Of a stretch of 64,000 bases of DNA, positions 26,217 to 37,659 are shown piece after piece. The translations under genes and the position numbers were made by a program. How positions within the stretch are numbered: the first letter of the stretch is position 1; each line of letters starts with the position of its first letter. The DNA comes from Ruminiclostridium sp. (GTDB lineage Bacteria; Bacillota; Clostridia; Oscillospirales; Ruminococcaceae). The stretch covers positions 20,842-84,841 of the forward strand of contig JAGBLA010000203.1 of NCBI GenBank assembly GCA_017635675.1. The letters run 5' to 3'. Under the pieces are notes generated by a model. It searched no databases. It was not told where the DNA came from and saw nothing but the letters and a program-made list of their open reading frames with translations.

Positions 26217-28196
26217 TCAGTTCTCGTCGGAATCGTCGGAAGTTTCGCCGCTTTCAAGGAGAGCCTTGATAGAAAGGCTTACTCTTGCCTTTTCCTCGTC
26301 GATCTCGGTGATCTTCGCCTCAACAGTCTGACCTATGGAGAGCACCTTGGAAACATCGGTAACTCTCTCAAGAGCGATCTGTGAGATATGGATAAGACCG
26401 TCAACGCCTGGGATTATCTGTGCGAACGCACCGAAAGGAGTGATAGAAACTATCTGCACCTTAACGATATCACCGACCGCGTACTCGTTCATGAACTTTG
26501 TCCACGGATTGTCTTCTGCCTTCTTGGCTGTGAGAGAAACTCTCTTCTTCTCGGGATCGAAGCTCTTGACGGTAACTTCGAGCTTATCACCTACGGAAAC
26601 TACTTCCTTCGGGTGCTTTATTCTGTTCCATGTGAGCTCGGTGAGGTGAACCATTCCGTCAACGCCGCCGAGGTCAACGAATACGCCGTAGCTCTCCATT
26701 GACTTGACTTCACCCACGAACTTCTTGCCTACCTCAAGCTCCTCCCAGAACTTAGCCTTTGCTGCATCGGACTTTTCTCTGGACGCAGCTCTGATAGAGC
26801 CGACAACTCTGCCTCTGCCCTCGTTTACTTCAATTACCTTGAAACCTACCTCGGTCTTGAGAAGATCGTCGAGCTTGCCGCTTCTCGGAACGCCTGTCTG
26901 TGATGCGGGAACGAATACCTTTGTGCCGTCCTCGCTCATAACGATAACGCCGCCATTAACGACTGCCGTAACAGTTCCGTTTAAGGTGGTATTCTCGTCC
27001 TTAGCCTTGATTATCTTGTCGAAACTTGCCTTTGCATCTACCTGTTTCTTGGAAAGATAGACGAATCCGTCAGCGTCATTCACCTTTGTAACGATGCAGT
27101 CGATAACGTCGCCCACCTTTACCGCGTCCTCGGGCGCGATGTTGGGGTTAGCCGAGAGCTCTTCAGCGGGTATGTACCCGGAATGCTTGGTACCGATATC
27201 TACAACGGCCTCCGTCTTATTTACAGCAACAACGGTAGCCTTGACCCTGTTTCCTGCATACACCCTCACTCTGGGCATTTGATCGATGGCAGCCGCAAAC
27301 TCAGCGTCAACAGCTTCATCTTTGATGATCTCGCTCATAATATTATGAACCTCCTTAATTATATATGCAGGGGTCGAAGCTCCTGCTGTAATTCCTATTT
27401 TAACATCGTTTTCTGATGATAAAAGGCTTTTGAGAGCATCGCTGTGCTCTGCCCTGAGCCGCGCGGCATTCTCGGTGAATATTACCTGGCAGTTCCGTGC
27501 GCATATATCGGCGAGCTTGCGCGAATTGCTGCTGTGTGCTCCGCCGATGACCACCATAAGGTCACATTCCTTCGACAGCTTTGCTGCCTCGGTCTGTCTA
27601 TCAATAGTAGCTCTACATATTGTATCAAAAAATTCGGCTTTTGTATAGTAGTTTTTTATAATTTTCTGCAAATCCGTCCATTTGCACATATCGAAAGTCG
27701 TTTGAGCAACAACAATTGTTGATTTTGCACCAAACTTTTTGTCCGATCTCGCAAGTTTTTCCACGTCATCAGCCGAAGCGACCGCCCTTACCTCTCCGTG
27801 AGCGTGTCCCATAATGCCGATGACCTCAGGATGAGTGCTGTCACCGACCACAAGTACATCACTTCCCGCGCGGGAATGCTCGCCGACGATCTTGTGTATG
27901 CGTGCAACATAAGGGCAGGTGGCGTCTGTACATTCAAGCCCCAGCTCCGCTATACGGTCATAAACGCTCTGCGGAACACCGTGACTGCGTATTATGATGC
28001 GGCCGTGAGCCTCCGAGGGGTCGTCCGTCGGAACAACACCGAGCTTCCGAAGCCGCTCGGTCTCGTCGTTGTTGTGTATGAGCTGCCCGAGAGTGAACAC
28101 CCTGCCGTATTCCGCCGCCGCTTGCTCGGCAGTTTCAATGGCACGCTTCACGCCGAAGCAGAACCCGGCTGTCTCAGCCGTGACGACGCGTATCAT
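26217..28196 (-). CDS. ispH: Bifunctional IspH (HMBPP reductase) / ribosomal protein S1 fusion
   Basis: AGFCFGVKRA, DATCPYV, DTICRAT, ITAGASTP, then four S1 domains (e.g. YGVFVDLGGVDGMVHL). Confidence 0.95.
   Translation of the reverse strand: MIRVVTAETAGFCFGVKRAIETAEQAAAEYGRVFTLGQLIHNNDETERLRKLGVVPTDDPSEAHGRIIIRSHGVPQSVYDRIAELGLECTDATCPYVARIHKIVGEHSRAGSDVLVVGDSTHPEVIGIMGHAHGEVRAVASADDVEKLARSDKKFGAKSTIVVAQTTFDMCKWTDLQKIIKNYYTKAEFFDTICRATIDRQTEAAKLSKECDLMVVIGGAHSSNSRKLADICARNCQVIFTENAARLRAEHSDALKSLLSSENDVKIGITAGASTPAYIIKEVHNIMSEIIKDEAVDAEFAAAIDQMPRVRVYAGNRVKATVVAVNKTEAVVDIGTKHSGYIPAEELSANPNIAPEDAVKVGDVIDCIVTKVNDADGFVYLSKKQVDAKASFDKIIKAKDENTTLNGTVTAVVNGGVIVMSEDGTKVFVPASQTGVPRSGKLDDLLKTEVGFKVIEVNEGRGRVVGSIRAASREKSDAAKAKFWEELEVGKKFVGEVKSMESYGVFVDLGGVDGMVHLTELTWNRIKHPKEVVSVGDKLEVTVKSFDPEKKRVSLTAKKAEDNPWTKFMNEYAVGDIVKVQIVSITPFGAFAQIIPGVDGLIHISQIALERVTDVSKVLSIGQTVEAKITEIDEEKARVSLSIKALLESGETSDDSDEN
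27619..27647 (-). promoter_or_regulatory. Putative internal promoter inside ispH
   Basis: Minus strand TATACA-17 nt-TACAAT with TG extension, in a locally AT-rich coding stretch; AAGGAGG at 27350-27356 precedes in-frame ATG 27338. Confidence 0.5.
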
Positions 28197-28837
28197 TCCT
28201 CGTCGCCCTCCGGCTTTTTCTTAGCCGATACCGGAAGCGGCTCTCCCGCGGCGTCATATATCTCGCGCTGGAGCCCGAGCAGCGAATCACCTATGCGTTT
28301 TGCGGCATTCCTCATGCTCCTGCGGTCTTCCTCGTCTATGTGCACCTGCTCCGCGGGGATAAGCTCGCCGATATTGACATCTACGCCGTTCTTGCCGTAA
28401 TAGCGTATGCACACAGGGAGCACAGGCGCTGCCGCCTGTGAAGCGATAAGCACCACGCCCGACTTCATGCGCCCGATAACGCCGTCCTTCGAGCGTGTGC
28501 CCTCGGGGAATATCACAAGTATGCGGTTCTTCCGCACAGCCTCGACGGACATACGTATGGGCGCGTCATCGCCCGCTCCCCGAGCTACAGGGAACGCTCC
28601 GCAGCGCCGTATAAGCCATGCGAAGAACGGGTTGCCCTTGAACAGCTCCTCCTTCGCCATGAACGAGAACTTTCCCCGTATCACAGCCGCAAGCATGGGC
28701 GGGTCGGCGTATGACTGGTGGTTGCAGGCGATTATGTATCCGCCCTTCATCGCGGGGATATTCTCCGGGTGAATAAGATTTATCCTGTATTTTATGTGAA
28801 AAAAGACAGAAAGCAGTTTTCTGAAAAACAAGTACAT
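28193..28837 (-). CDS. plsC: 1-acyl-sn-glycerol-3-phosphate acyltransferase
   Basis: NHQSYAD (HX4D), FPEGTRS. Confidence 0.92.
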   Translation of the reverse strand: MYLFFRKLLSVFFHIKYRINLIHPENIPAMKGGYIIACNHQSYADPPMLAAVIRGKFSFMAKEELFKGNPFFAWLIRRCGAFPVARGAGDDAPIRMSVEAVRKNRILVIFPEGTRSKDGVIGRMKSGVVLIASQAAAPVLPVCIRYYGKNGVDVNIGELIPAEQVHIDEEDRRSMRNAAKRIGDSLLGLQREIYDAAGEPLPVSAKKKPEGDEE

Positions 28838-28853
28838 TTGCGCTATCTCCTGT

Positions 28854-29531
28854 TCAGAGCTTTCCCGAGCGTCGGATAAGCTCTGTCATTCTTTCCACGG
28901 TCTGCGCGAAATCAAGCTCCGACGTATCGAGCAGCACAGCGTCGGGAGCCTGCACAAGCGGGGATTCCCTGCGGTGGGTGTCGTTATAGTCCCGCTTGTT
29001 CACGTCCGCGAGCACCTCGTCGAACCCGATGTCCGAGCCCTTGGCGCGAAGCTCCTCCCAGCGCCGTTTCGCGCGTATCTCCGGCTTTGCGGTGATGAAT
29101 ATCTTCACGTCAGCGTCAGGCAGTATCACCGTGCCGATGTCGCGCCCGTCCATTATCACGCTGTTCGCCGCCGCAAGGTCACGCTGGCGGGACAGCAGCA
29201 GTTTCCGAACCGCCGCAAGTGCCGAGACCGCGCTTGCAGCCATGCTCACGCTGTTTTCACGTATCGCCTCGGATACGTCCTCGCCGTTCAGGATAACGTG
29301 CTGTACCCCGTCAACAAGTGTTATGTCGAGCTTCATTTTCTCCGTCAGCAGCTTTTCTATCTGTTCCTCATTCTCCTGCGCTGTCTCAACACCGTTTCTT
29401 ATGCAGAACAGCGCACAGCAGCGATACATAGCTCCCGTGTCAACATATATTATGCCGAGACGCTTTGCGCACTCGCGGGCGACAGAGCTTTTTCCTGCCC
29501 CTACCGGCCCGTCAACAGCAACATTTATCAT
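28854..29531 (-). CDS. cmk: Cytidylate kinase
   Basis: DGPVGAGKS, DTGAMYR, DGRDIGTV. Confidence 0.95.
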   Translation of the reverse strand: MINVAVDGPVGAGKSSVARECAKRLGIIYVDTGAMYRCCALFCIRNGVETAQENEEQIEKLLTEKMKLDITLVDGVQHVILNGEDVSEAIRENSVSMAASAVSALAAVRKLLLSRQRDLAAANSVIMDGRDIGTVILPDADVKIFITAKPEIRAKRRWEELRAKGSDIGFDEVLADVNKRDYNDTHRRESPLVQAPDAVLLDTSELDFAQTVERMTELIRRSGKL

Positions 29532-29645
29532 CGACCTGTCCTCTTTTCATATCCCGTATTGCCGTCCGTACTGTCCGCGGCGGTCATAATATTTGTTATT
29601 ATACCATATTTATCGGAAAATATCAACAGTTTTCACACAAATTTC

Positions 29646-29677
29646 GGCTCCCGCAGCCGAAAAAACTGCGGGAGCCT
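29646..29677 (-). terminator. Terminator hairpin after the DUF11-like gene
   Basis: GGCTCCCGCAG...CTGCGGGAGCC inverted repeat. Confidence 0.65.
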
Positions 29678-29696
29678 TTGATATGCGCTTTTGACT

Positions 29697-30533
29697 TTAT
29701 ACCGTGCCTGTAACGGTGACTTCGAGAGTTCCCGGGACTGCGGTATATGCGCCTGTGACGGGATCCTGGGTGAATGTTGCCGCAGGTATGACGAGAGCGC
29801 CCTCGGCAGTGGAAAACTCACCTGTGGTCTCGTCATAGTTGTAGTCGATAGCCTGCGCGGCAGCTCCGCCGATGCCGACTGTGATGTTTTTGAGCACGGG
29901 CGAGAACGTGTCATTGATGACAGCGGTGTTCTCGGCTGTGTTGCCGGTGTTGGAGATCGTGAACGTGTAGGTTATCTGACCGTTCGCGGTCACTTCACAA
30001 GGCGCGAGAGCCTTGCTGATAGCAAGCTTCGCCTCGTTCGCGGCAGTGATCGACGCGGAGGCTGTCACCTCGGAGCCTGTGCCGGTGACTGTAACGGTGT
30101 TTGTTATCTCGCCGCCGACTACGGCAGGAGCAAATTCATTGACGTTCGCGCGGTAAACCACAGCAGCGTTCCCTCCGGCGGGGACAGTGATGTCCGAGAT
30201 AACGAGGGTGTCTCCCGCTGTCACCGTGGGAGCGGCTCCGGGTACGCCGTCGGCAAAATACTGCGCCGTGCCGTCATCGTAGGTGAGCGGGACTAACGTG
30301 CCGCTGCCGAATGCGTAAGCGCCGAGGTCGTCGGTCAGCGTAATGCCGCTTACCGGTGCAGTTCCCGAGTTCACCAGAGTTATCACGTAAGTGACGGGCT
30401 CGCCGGGAGCATAGGTGTCGGGCACAGCGGTCTTATAGACCGTGACCGCGTCTGTTATCTCGCCGGTGACAACGTTGGACGCGACAGTGATGTTGTTGTA
30501 TGTCAGGGTAGCCTGATTTGTAAATGAAGCCAT
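29697..30533 (-). CDS. DUF11-like Ig-fold repeat protein, no signal peptide (possibly spore-associated)
   Basis: Start MASFTNQ after AAGGAGG; two K..GxxITY(V/T)(I/F)TxxNxG repeats; upstream gTCATA...CATATAAT resembles a sigmaE promoter. Confidence 0.7.
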   Translation of the reverse strand: MASFTNQATLTYNNITVASNVVTGEITDAVTVYKTAVPDTYAPGEPVTYVITLVNSGTAPVSGITLTDDLGAYAFGSGTLVPLTYDDGTAQYFADGVPGAAPTVTAGDTLVISDITVPAGGNAAVVYRANVNEFAPAVVGGEITNTVTVTGTGSEVTASASITAANEAKLAISKALAPCEVTANGQITYTFTISNTGNTAENTAVINDTFSPVLKNITVGIGGAAAQAIDYNYDETTGEFSTAEGALVIPAATFTQDPVTGAYTAVPGTLEVTVTGTV

Positions 30534-30613
30534 AGCTTTTTCCTCCTTTAAGCAAATGAAGCGTGAGCCTTTTTGCCCACGCTTCATTATATGCATAAAG
30601 AAAAAATATGACA

Positions 30614-31567
30614 TCACCGATAAGGATAGTGCCAATCCACTTCCTCGCGGAGCACCCGAAGCACAGGATCCACGTCCGCCCACTCGGCGTAATCCAGCAA
30701 GTCCCACTCGGCGTAATCCAGCACGTCCTGCCCGAAGTTATCCTTCGCGTGGGGGTCAGCGCCCTCCATAAGCAGTATCTCCGTTATCTCCGCCGCGCGC
30801 TCGCCCTTGCAGGAGACCGCCGCGTACATCAGCGGCGTCATGCCGTTGTAGTCGGCGGCGTTGACGTCCGCGCCGTGCTTTATAAGAAGCTCCACGAGCC
30901 CGACCCTCCCCGAGCTCACCGCCGCCATAAGCGGCGTGCGCCCGCAGCGGCAGGACGGTTCACAGAACCTGTCGTACTTTTTTTCTTCGTGGTGCTCGGG
31001 AGCGTCCTTTTCGTGGGAGTACATTCTCCATTCGATGTCCGCACCGCTGTCCAGCAGGAACTCTATCTGCTCCTGCCACTTCGTACTGCCCTCGGGCATA
31101 TCACGGTTGCACAGGCTGAACAGCATGGACTGCTCGTCATGCGAAGCCTCCGCAAAGGAGTCGGACTCGGTGCTGCCCTCGCTGTCTATGCAGGCTCCCG
31201 CGTCCAGCAGCTCCTGAGCCGCTTCATAGTCGCCGTCCATGATGCGGCTGTAAAGGTTTCTGTTCACCTCAGCCTCATGACGGTTCACATTGACGGATAT
31301 CACGATAAACGCTACCAGCGCCGCGAACGCTCCCCACATCACACCGCCTATCCACAGCAGCACACGCGGGGTCTTCCGGCGTTTATACGGCACGACAGCA
31401 GGCTGTGCAAGAGCCGCGGTTTCATAGTCACGCGCCCGTTTGTTGTCCCGCAGCAGCCCGATAAGTCCGATAAGCATCAGCACAAATCCGACAGTGAGCC
31501 AAACAGTGACACACACTATGATGACTACCGCGACTATGCCCACTACGAACATGCCCATAAAAGCCAT
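30614..31567 (-). CDS. Membrane-anchored ankyrin-repeat protein
   Basis: N-terminal TM segments; GRTPLMAAV...LIKHGADVN, GMTPLMYAA...GADPH. Confidence 0.85.
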   Translation of the reverse strand: MAFMGMFVVGIVAVVIIVCVTVWLTVGFVLMLIGLIGLLRDNKRARDYETAALAQPAVVPYKRRKTPRVLLWIGGVMWGAFAALVAFIVISVNVNRHEAEVNRNLYSRIMDGDYEAAQELLDAGACIDSEGSTESDSFAEASHDEQSMLFSLCNRDMPEGSTKWQEQIEFLLDSGADIEWRMYSHEKDAPEHHEEKKYDRFCEPSCRCGRTPLMAAVSSGRVGLVELLIKHGADVNAADYNGMTPLMYAAVSCKGERAAEITEILLMEGADPHAKDNFGQDVLDYAEWDLLDYAEWADVDPVLRVLREEVDWHYPYR

Positions 31568-31594
31568 ACGACCACCTCATTCCGTAAAGGTTCA

Positions 31595-32527
31595 TCAGAT
31601 CACAAGCGGAGGTATCTCCGAAATGTCAAACGGGGTCTCCTGATATACGCAGAAATTCAGCCAGTTTGAGTACAACAGGCTTGCCGACGTTCTCCACGTG
31701 TAGGGCGGGGTCTTGGTCGGGTCGTCGTCCGGGAAATAGCCGTAGGGCAGTCCCACGTCCGAAAGCCCCTTGCCGAGGTCACGCTCATACTCGCCTTTGA
31801 GCGTGTTGCGCTCGTATTCGCCGTGACCGGTGAGGAATATCTGCCGCCCTGTTACGTCGGTTACCGCGTAAACTCCCGCTATATCGGAATATGCGAGCAG
31901 TTCAAGCTTCGGGCAGGCGTTTATGTCCTCCGCGAGCACCGAGGAATGACGGGAATGGGGAACGTAGAACGTATCGTCAAAGCCCTTGAACAGCGGGTGG
32001 TTCTCCACAAGTATCTTATGCGGGAACACTCCGAACATCTTATTGTCGAGATTGTGCTTTTCTATCCCGTAATGATAGTAAAGCCCCGCGAAGGCTCCCC
32101 AGCATATATGCATACACGAGAACGCGTGGCTTTTCGACCACTCCATTATCATGCAAAGCTCGTCCCAGTAGGTCACGTCCCTGAAATCATACTTCTCCAC
32201 CGGCGCGCCTGTGATTATGAGCGCGTCGAAATACTCGTCCTTTATCTCGTCGAAGGTCTTGTAGAACGTGTCAAGATGCTCGGCGGCAGTGTGGCGGGAA
32301 ATATGTGTCTCCGTGCGCAGCAGAGTTATATCCACCTGTATCGGCGTGTTGCTCATGAGGCGCAGCAGCTGGGTCTCGGTCTCTATCTTCTTTGGCATGA
32401 GATTGAATATCGCGGCGCGAAGCGGACGTATATCCTGGGTCAGCGCCTTCTCGCTCGCCATTACGAAGATATTCTCATCCTGAAGGGTCTTATACGCGGG
32501 AAGGTCTCTCGATATGTTTATCGGCAT
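31595..32527 (-). CDS. metA: Homoserine O-acyltransferase (probably acetyl-specific)
   Basis: FNLMPKK, TGAPVE, HICWGA, PHSRH, GHGEY, SNWLN. Glu in TGAPVE corresponds to the Glu111 acetyl-CoA determinant. Confidence 0.94.
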   Translation of the reverse strand: MPINISRDLPAYKTLQDENIFVMASEKALTQDIRPLRAAIFNLMPKKIETETQLLRLMSNTPIQVDITLLRTETHISRHTAAEHLDTFYKTFDEIKDEYFDALIITGAPVEKYDFRDVTYWDELCMIMEWSKSHAFSCMHICWGAFAGLYYHYGIEKHNLDNKMFGVFPHKILVENHPLFKGFDDTFYVPHSRHSSVLAEDINACPKLELLAYSDIAGVYAVTDVTGRQIFLTGHGEYERNTLKGEYERDLGKGLSDVGLPYGYFPDDDPTKTPPYTWRTSASLLYSNWLNFCVYQETPFDISEIPPLVI

Positions 32528-32678
32528 TTTTTCTTCATCTCCTGTGGTTCTTTTGTTCTTTATCTCTGTTTTTGCTCTCCCGGAAATCGGGTGAAACTAT
32601 CCGATTTTAAAATTATACCACAAAAGCCGCTCAAAATCAATGACCTTTTCATATTTTCAGTTCATCTTACAAAAAAAC

Positions 32679-32707
32679 TTGCATTTTACAATGCTTTGTG
32701 ATATAAT
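32679..32707 (+). promoter_or_regulatory. sigmaA promoter upstream of tepA-ylzJ-uppP-ftsK
   Basis: TTGCAT-17 nt-TATAAT with TG extension. Confidence 0.6.
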
Positions 32708-32771
32708 AAACTGTATATTTGCGTTTCGTCGGAGGATAATAACTTTATCACTATCCGGGAGGAAAAACGCA

Positions 32772-33482
32772 ATGTACAACGAAAACGAGACCGGAAAAGA
32801 CGAAAACGCCGGGGAAAACCAACAGCAGGACATCGCGGACAACGGGGTCACCGCATCGCAGAACTCCGAACACCTTATCCACTGTCTCACCGTCATCGGA
32901 GAAATAGAGGGGCATTATATCCTGCCGCCCCAGAACAAGACCACAAAGTACGAGCATATAATCCCCGCGCTGGTGGCTATCGAACAGGACAGGACTATCG
33001 AAGGGCTGCTGATAATCCTCAACACCGTAGGCGGCGATGTGGAAGCGGGTCTTGCGATAGCGGAGCTTATCGCGGGAATGAAAACTCCCACAGTGTCTAT
33101 CGTCGTGGGAGGAGGTCACTCTATCGGAGTGCCGCTCGCGGTCTGCGCGAAGCGCAGTTTCATCGTCCCCACGGCGACCATGACCATACACCCGGTGCGC
33201 ATGAACGGCACGGTGCTCGGCATACCCCAGACGCTTTCCTACTTCGACCGTATGCAGGAACGCATCACCAACTTCGTCACCCGCAACAGCCGCATATCCG
33301 CGGAGCACTTCCGCGAGCTTATGATGAAAAAGGACGAGCTGGTTATGGACGTGGGCTCGGTGGTGGACGGCGAGACCGCGGTGGAGTCGGGACTGATAGA
33401 CCGTCTCGGCGGGCTTTCGGACGCTATCGAGTGTCTGTATTCGCTCATAGACGAGAAAAACGCGGGAGGCACGGATAAATGA
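32772..33482 (+). CDS. tepA: ClpP-like peptidase TepA
   Basis: [44 protein letters not shown]; followed by ylzJ and spoIIIE as in Bacillus. Confidence 0.88.
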   Translation: MYNENETGKDENAGENQQQDIADNGVTASQNSEHLIHCLTVIGEIEGHYILPPQNKTTKYEHIIPALVAIEQDRTIEGLLIILNTVGGDVEAGLAIAELIAGMKTPTVSIVVGGGHSIGVPLAVCAKRSFIVPTATMTIHPVRMNGTVLGIPQTLSYFDRMQERITNFVTRNSRISAEHFRELMMKKDELVMDVGSVVDGETAVESGLIDRLGGLSDAIECLYSLIDEKNAGGTDK

Positions 33483-33691
33483 TACTTCATTCTATTGTGA
33501 GCCCCTCGGACATATTCTGTAATAACGGCATGGGACAGACCCGAAGCTGCGTGCGCGTGGACGGGGGACTTCTCGAACTTGAAAACGGCCGTATCAAACG
33601 GCTCATATCAACGGATCCGAAGCTGTATCTTGACAAAAGGTACCAGCCGGACACCGCATACAACACGGCTCGCTTCCCTGCGGGCCGCTGA
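33479..33691 (+). CDS. ylzJ: YlzJ-like protein
   Basis: MILHSIV...[11 protein letters not shown]...YQP; ATGA overlap with tepA. Confidence 0.8.
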   Translation: MILHSIVSPSDIFCNNGMGQTRSCVRVDGGLLELENGRIKRLISTDPKLYLDKRYQPDTAYNTARFPAGR

Positions 33692-33707
33692 ACGGGAGAT
33701 ATACATA

Positions 33708-34574
33708 ATGGACGAAATAATAAGCGCGGTAATACAAGGCGTGATACAGGGGCTCACAGAGTTCCTGCCCGTGTCGAGCTCGGGTCATTTATCCGTGGCG
33801 CGGCACTTCATGAACGTACAGGACAGCGGCATACTGCTTTCCATAGTTCTGCATCTCGGAACTCTGCTGGCAGTGTTTATTGCGTTCGGAAAACGTATAT
33901 GGGGCATGATAAAGGAGTTCTTCCTCTCCATACGCGACATCTTCACAGGACGTTTCAGATGGTCGGAGATGAACGACGACAGACGCATGATGGTCATGGT
34001 TATTATCGCGACGCTGATACTTGTGCCGTTCGTGCTGGTGAAGGACTGGTTCACCTCGGTGCAGGAGGACAGCGACATCATCTTCGAGGGCTGTGCGTTC
34101 ATCTATACGTCGATAGTGCTGATACTCTCGGACGCCTGCGTCAAGGGTCACAAGACAGGCAAGGACATGAAGCTCAAAGACACGATAACGGTGGGACTTT
34201 TCCAGGTGGTGGCGCTGTTTCCCGGCGTGAGCCGCTCGGGAAGCACCATTTCCGGCGGGCTTTTCTGCGGGCTCACACGTGAGACGGCGGCGGAGTTCTC
34301 ATTCATACTCGGTATCCCCGCCATACTCGGAAGTGCCGTACTTGAAGCAAAGGACGTCATCGGCTCGGGAATGGAAATAGACCCTGTGCCGCTGTGCGTG
34401 GGCGCCGCGGTGGCGGCTGTGGTGGGATTCATCGCCATATCGCTGGTGAAGGTCATCATAAAACACGACAAATTCAAGATATTCGGCGCATATACGCTGA
34501 TACTCGGCATCGCCTGCATCGGTGCCGGCATATATGAGAATGTGACCGGGACACGGCTGTTCTTCGGAATGTGA
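33708..34574 (+). CDS. uppP: Undecaprenyl-diphosphate phosphatase
   Basis: [24 protein letters not shown]; start MDEII after GGGAG. Confidence 0.93.
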   Translation: MDEIISAVIQGVIQGLTEFLPVSSSGHLSVARHFMNVQDSGILLSIVLHLGTLLAVFIAFGKRIWGMIKEFFLSIRDIFTGRFRWSEMNDDRRMMVMVIIATLILVPFVLVKDWFTSVQEDSDIIFEGCAFIYTSIVLILSDACVKGHKTGKDMKLKDTITVGLFQVVALFPGVSRSGSTISGGLFCGLTRETAAEFSFILGIPAILGSAVLEAKDVIGSGMEIDPVPLCVGAAVAAVVGFIAISLVKVIIKHDKFKIFGAYTLILGIACIGAGIYENVTGTRLFFGM

Positions 34575-34608
34575 ACGGCTCCCGGAGCAAAAGGACGGTA
34601 AGTTTAAA

Positions 34609-37530
34609 ATGGCGGAAAGCAAAAAGAAACAGGCGGCACAGCTTGAACAGAAAAAGGCTGCACTGCTGAAAGCCAACGCAAAGAAGCGGCACACAATATC
34701 GGTGGTGCTGTTCGCAGCGGGGATATTTCTGCTGGCGCTGGCGTGCATAGGCGACGCGGCGGCGGAAAAGCCCACGGCATGGGACACCCTGCACGGCTTC
34801 CTTTTCGGGACATTCGGCGCGGGCGCGTTCCTTACGGGACCGGTGCTGATATACATAGCGGTGATGATATCCGCGGACATGACAAAGGCTACGGTCGCAA
34901 AGCGCATGATGCAGCTTATACTGCTTATACTGCTTATCTGCGCGGCGGCACAGGTGATATTCGTGGGCTCGGTGGGCGATCCCGCCGCCGAGAACGCGTC
35001 TCTCGGCGATACCATCGGGTATGTGTATGACAAGGGCAAGCTGCTCTCGGGCGGCGGCATTGCGGGACTTGTACTGGGCGCGCCGCTGCTGCTGTTCGGG
35101 CAGGTGGGCGCTATAATAATCCTTGTGCTCGTGACGTTCGTGGCGATAATGATAATAACCGACAAGTCGCTCGCAGACCTGTTCAACGCGGTGAAAAAGC
35201 CTGCGGGGAAGATAAAGGAGCACCACGAGCGCATCGTCGAGGAGCGGGAATACCTGAAACCCGAGCTTGACCGCATCGAAGCGGAAAAGCTTGCAAAACG
35301 CACGGAGGAAAAGGAGCGCCGCGCCGCTGAGCGTGCCGCAAAGCAGGCAGTGCATGAAGCGTCGGCGGAGGAAAAGCGCAGGCGCAAATTCGACGCTATC
35401 GCGAACGTGACCACCAACGCGCAGCAGGAGGTCTCGGACGCGGATAAAAAGGAAGCCGCGGCAAAGGAGAAAGAGGTCAGAGACCCCGTTAAGGAGCAGA
35501 AAAGGGACAGCGCCGAGTTCCAGAAGGATCTCAGCGAGTACCTCAACGTAAAGACGGAAAACCGCGGGCTGTCGCCGAAAAAAGCGTTCCCCACCGATGA
35601 CACGCCCGTGGAGCCCTACCGCCCGGACGAGCCTAAGTACGCCGACGGCTCGGACGATATGCCGGTGGAAAAGCATCTCAACCCGGTGGTCAAGCACGAA
35701 AGCCTTATAAACCCGGACAACATCGCAAAGAAGGCTGAGGCAGAGAGCGTTCCGGAGGCTCCCGCAACGTCGGAGCCCGAGCCCGAACCCGACGACCTGC
35801 CCTTCGACACAGCTCCGAGACCCGAGCCCGAACCCGTTATCGCGGAGCCTGAACCCAAGCCCGAGGAAATACAGGAAGAAAAATCCGAAAGCGACATAGT
35901 TGACGCGATACGCGACTTCACCCGCGAACAGGCAGAGCGTGCCGCAGCCGCGGAGGGCAACGCCCGCGTCCTCGGCACCGTCATAGGCGAGGACGCGAAC
36001 GGTCAGCGCAGAGTGAGCGAGATAATCGCAGAAAGCGAGCAATACACGCTGCCGCCGCTGACGCTGCTCAACGACGTGGTGCATGAGCGCTCGGACGACG
36101 ACATAAACGCCGAGATACAGCACAACGCGGTGACACTGGTCAACACGCTCAAGAGCTTCGGCGTGGAAACGAGATTCCTCGAAGCCGCGCGCGGCCCGTC
36201 GGTAACGCGTTATGAGCTTCAGCCCGCTCCCGGCGTGAAGATATCCAAGATAACGGGACTTGTTGACGATATCGCCCTCAACTTAGCCACCGCGGGAGTG
36301 CGTATCGAAGCGCCTATCCCGAACAAGGCGGCGGTAGGTATCGAGGTGCCGAACAAGACCGTTGAGAGCGTCCCGTTCCGCGAAATGGTGGACACAAAGG
36401 AATTCCGCGAAACGAAAAGCAAGCTCGGAGCGGTGCTCGGCAAAAGCATCTCCGGCGACATAGTGATAGCGGATATCGCGAAAATGCCGCATATCCTTAT
36501 CGCAGGCACCACAGGCTCCGGTAAATCGGTGTGCGTGAACTCGATAATCATGAGCATACTTTTCCGCTCGACGCCCGATGAGGTGCGCTTTCTGATGATA
36601 GACCCGAAAGCCGTCGAATTTATGATATACAACGGTATCCCGCACCTTCTGATACCCGTCGTGACAGACCCGAAGAAAGCGTCGGGCGCTCTCGCGTGGG
36701 CAGTGACGGAGATGCTGTGCCGCTACAAGATGTTCTCGGACAACAACGTGCGCGACCTTGCGGGCTACAACAAGCTTGCGCGGGAGACCGAGAATATGGC
36801 GGCACTGCCGCAGATAGTGATATTCATAGACGAGCTCGCCGATCTTATGATGGCGTCCCCGGGAGAGGTCGAGGACAGTATATGCCGCCTCGCGCAGATG
36901 GCGAGAGCCGCGGGTATGCATCTGGTAATCGCGACCCAGCGTCCCTCGGTCAATGTCGTCACAGGCGTCATCAAAGCGAACATACCGAGCCGTATCGCGC
37001 TGAAAGTCGCTTCACAGGTGGACAGCCGCACCATAATCGACGGCGCGGGCGCGGAGAAGCTCCTCGGCAAGGGCGATATGCTGTACGCGCCCGTCGGCAT
37101 GGTAAAGCCGCTGAGAGTGCAGGGCTGCTGGATCTCCGACAAGGAAGTCGAGCGCGTGGTGGAGTTCATCAAGAGCTCCTTCGAGCTTGACTACGACCAG
37201 AGCGTCATCGAGGAGATAGACAGACAGGCGGAGCTTGCGGCACAGAAAGCCGAAAAGGGCGGCAAGGGCAGCAAGTCCGACGATGACGACGGCGGAGTAG
37301 ATGTGAACGACGATAAGCTCGATGAAGCTATCGAAGCCGTCATTGAAGCGGGTCAGGCGAGCACCTCTTACCTCCAGCGCCGTCTCAAGCTCGGCTACGG
37401 ACGCGCCGCAAGGCTTATAGACACCATGGAGCAGCTCGGCGTGGTGGGCGGTTTCGAGGGCAGCAAGCCCCGACAGGTCATCATGACCAAGCAGGAATGG
37501 TACGAGCGCAAGATGAACAAGGACTCGTGA
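34609..37530 (+). CDS. ftsK: DNA translocase FtsK/SpoIIIE
   Basis: N-terminal TMs, Pro/Glu linker, [23 protein letters not shown], gamma domain [14 protein letters not shown]. Confidence 0.96.
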   Translation: MAESKKKQAAQLEQKKAALLKANAKKRHTISVVLFAAGIFLLALACIGDAAAEKPTAWDTLHGFLFGTFGAGAFLTGPVLIYIAVMISADMTKATVAKRMMQLILLILLICAAAQVIFVGSVGDPAAENASLGDTIGYVYDKGKLLSGGGIAGLVLGAPLLLFGQVGAIIILVLVTFVAIMIITDKSLADLFNAVKKPAGKIKEHHERIVEEREYLKPELDRIEAEKLAKRTEEKERRAAERAAKQAVHEASAEEKRRRKFDAIANVTTNAQQEVSDADKKEAAAKEKEVRDPVKEQKRDSAEFQKDLSEYLNVKTENRGLSPKKAFPTDDTPVEPYRPDEPKYADGSDDMPVEKHLNPVVKHESLINPDNIAKKAEAESVPEAPATSEPEPEPDDLPFDTAPRPEPEPVIAEPEPKPEEIQEEKSESDIVDAIRDFTREQAERAAAAEGNARVLGTVIGEDANGQRRVSEIIAESEQYTLPPLTLLNDVVHERSDDDINAEIQHNAVTLVNTLKSFGVETRFLEAARGPSVTRYELQPAPGVKISKITGLVDDIALNLATAGVRIEAPIPNKAAVGIEVPNKTVESVPFREMVDTKEFRETKSKLGAVLGKSISGDIVIADIAKMPHILIAGTTGSGKSVCVNSIIMSILFRSTPDEVRFLMIDPKAVEFMIYNGIPHLLIPVVTDPKKASGALAWAVTEMLCRYKMFSDNNVRDLAGYNKLARETENMAALPQIVIFIDELADLMMASPGEVEDSICRLAQMARAAGMHLVIATQRPSVNVVTGVIKANIPSRIALKVASQVDSRTIIDGAGAEKLLGKGDMLYAPVGMVKPLRVQGCWISDKEVERVVEFIKSSFELDYDQSVIEEIDRQAELAAQKAEKGGKGSKSDDDDGGVDVNDDKLDEAIEAVIEAGQASTSYLQRRLKLGYGRAARLIDTMEQLGVVGGFEGSKPRQVIMTKQEWYERKMNKDS

Positions 37531-37659
37531 AAATGCACGAAAAACCGCGGGATTTGGCGATTTTTGTGTATAAAATACTATTTACTTGACGCTCAAAATA
37601 TGTTATAATAGGTAAACAGCGGAAAAGGCTGTAAACCTTACAGAAACGGGGACTGTGAA

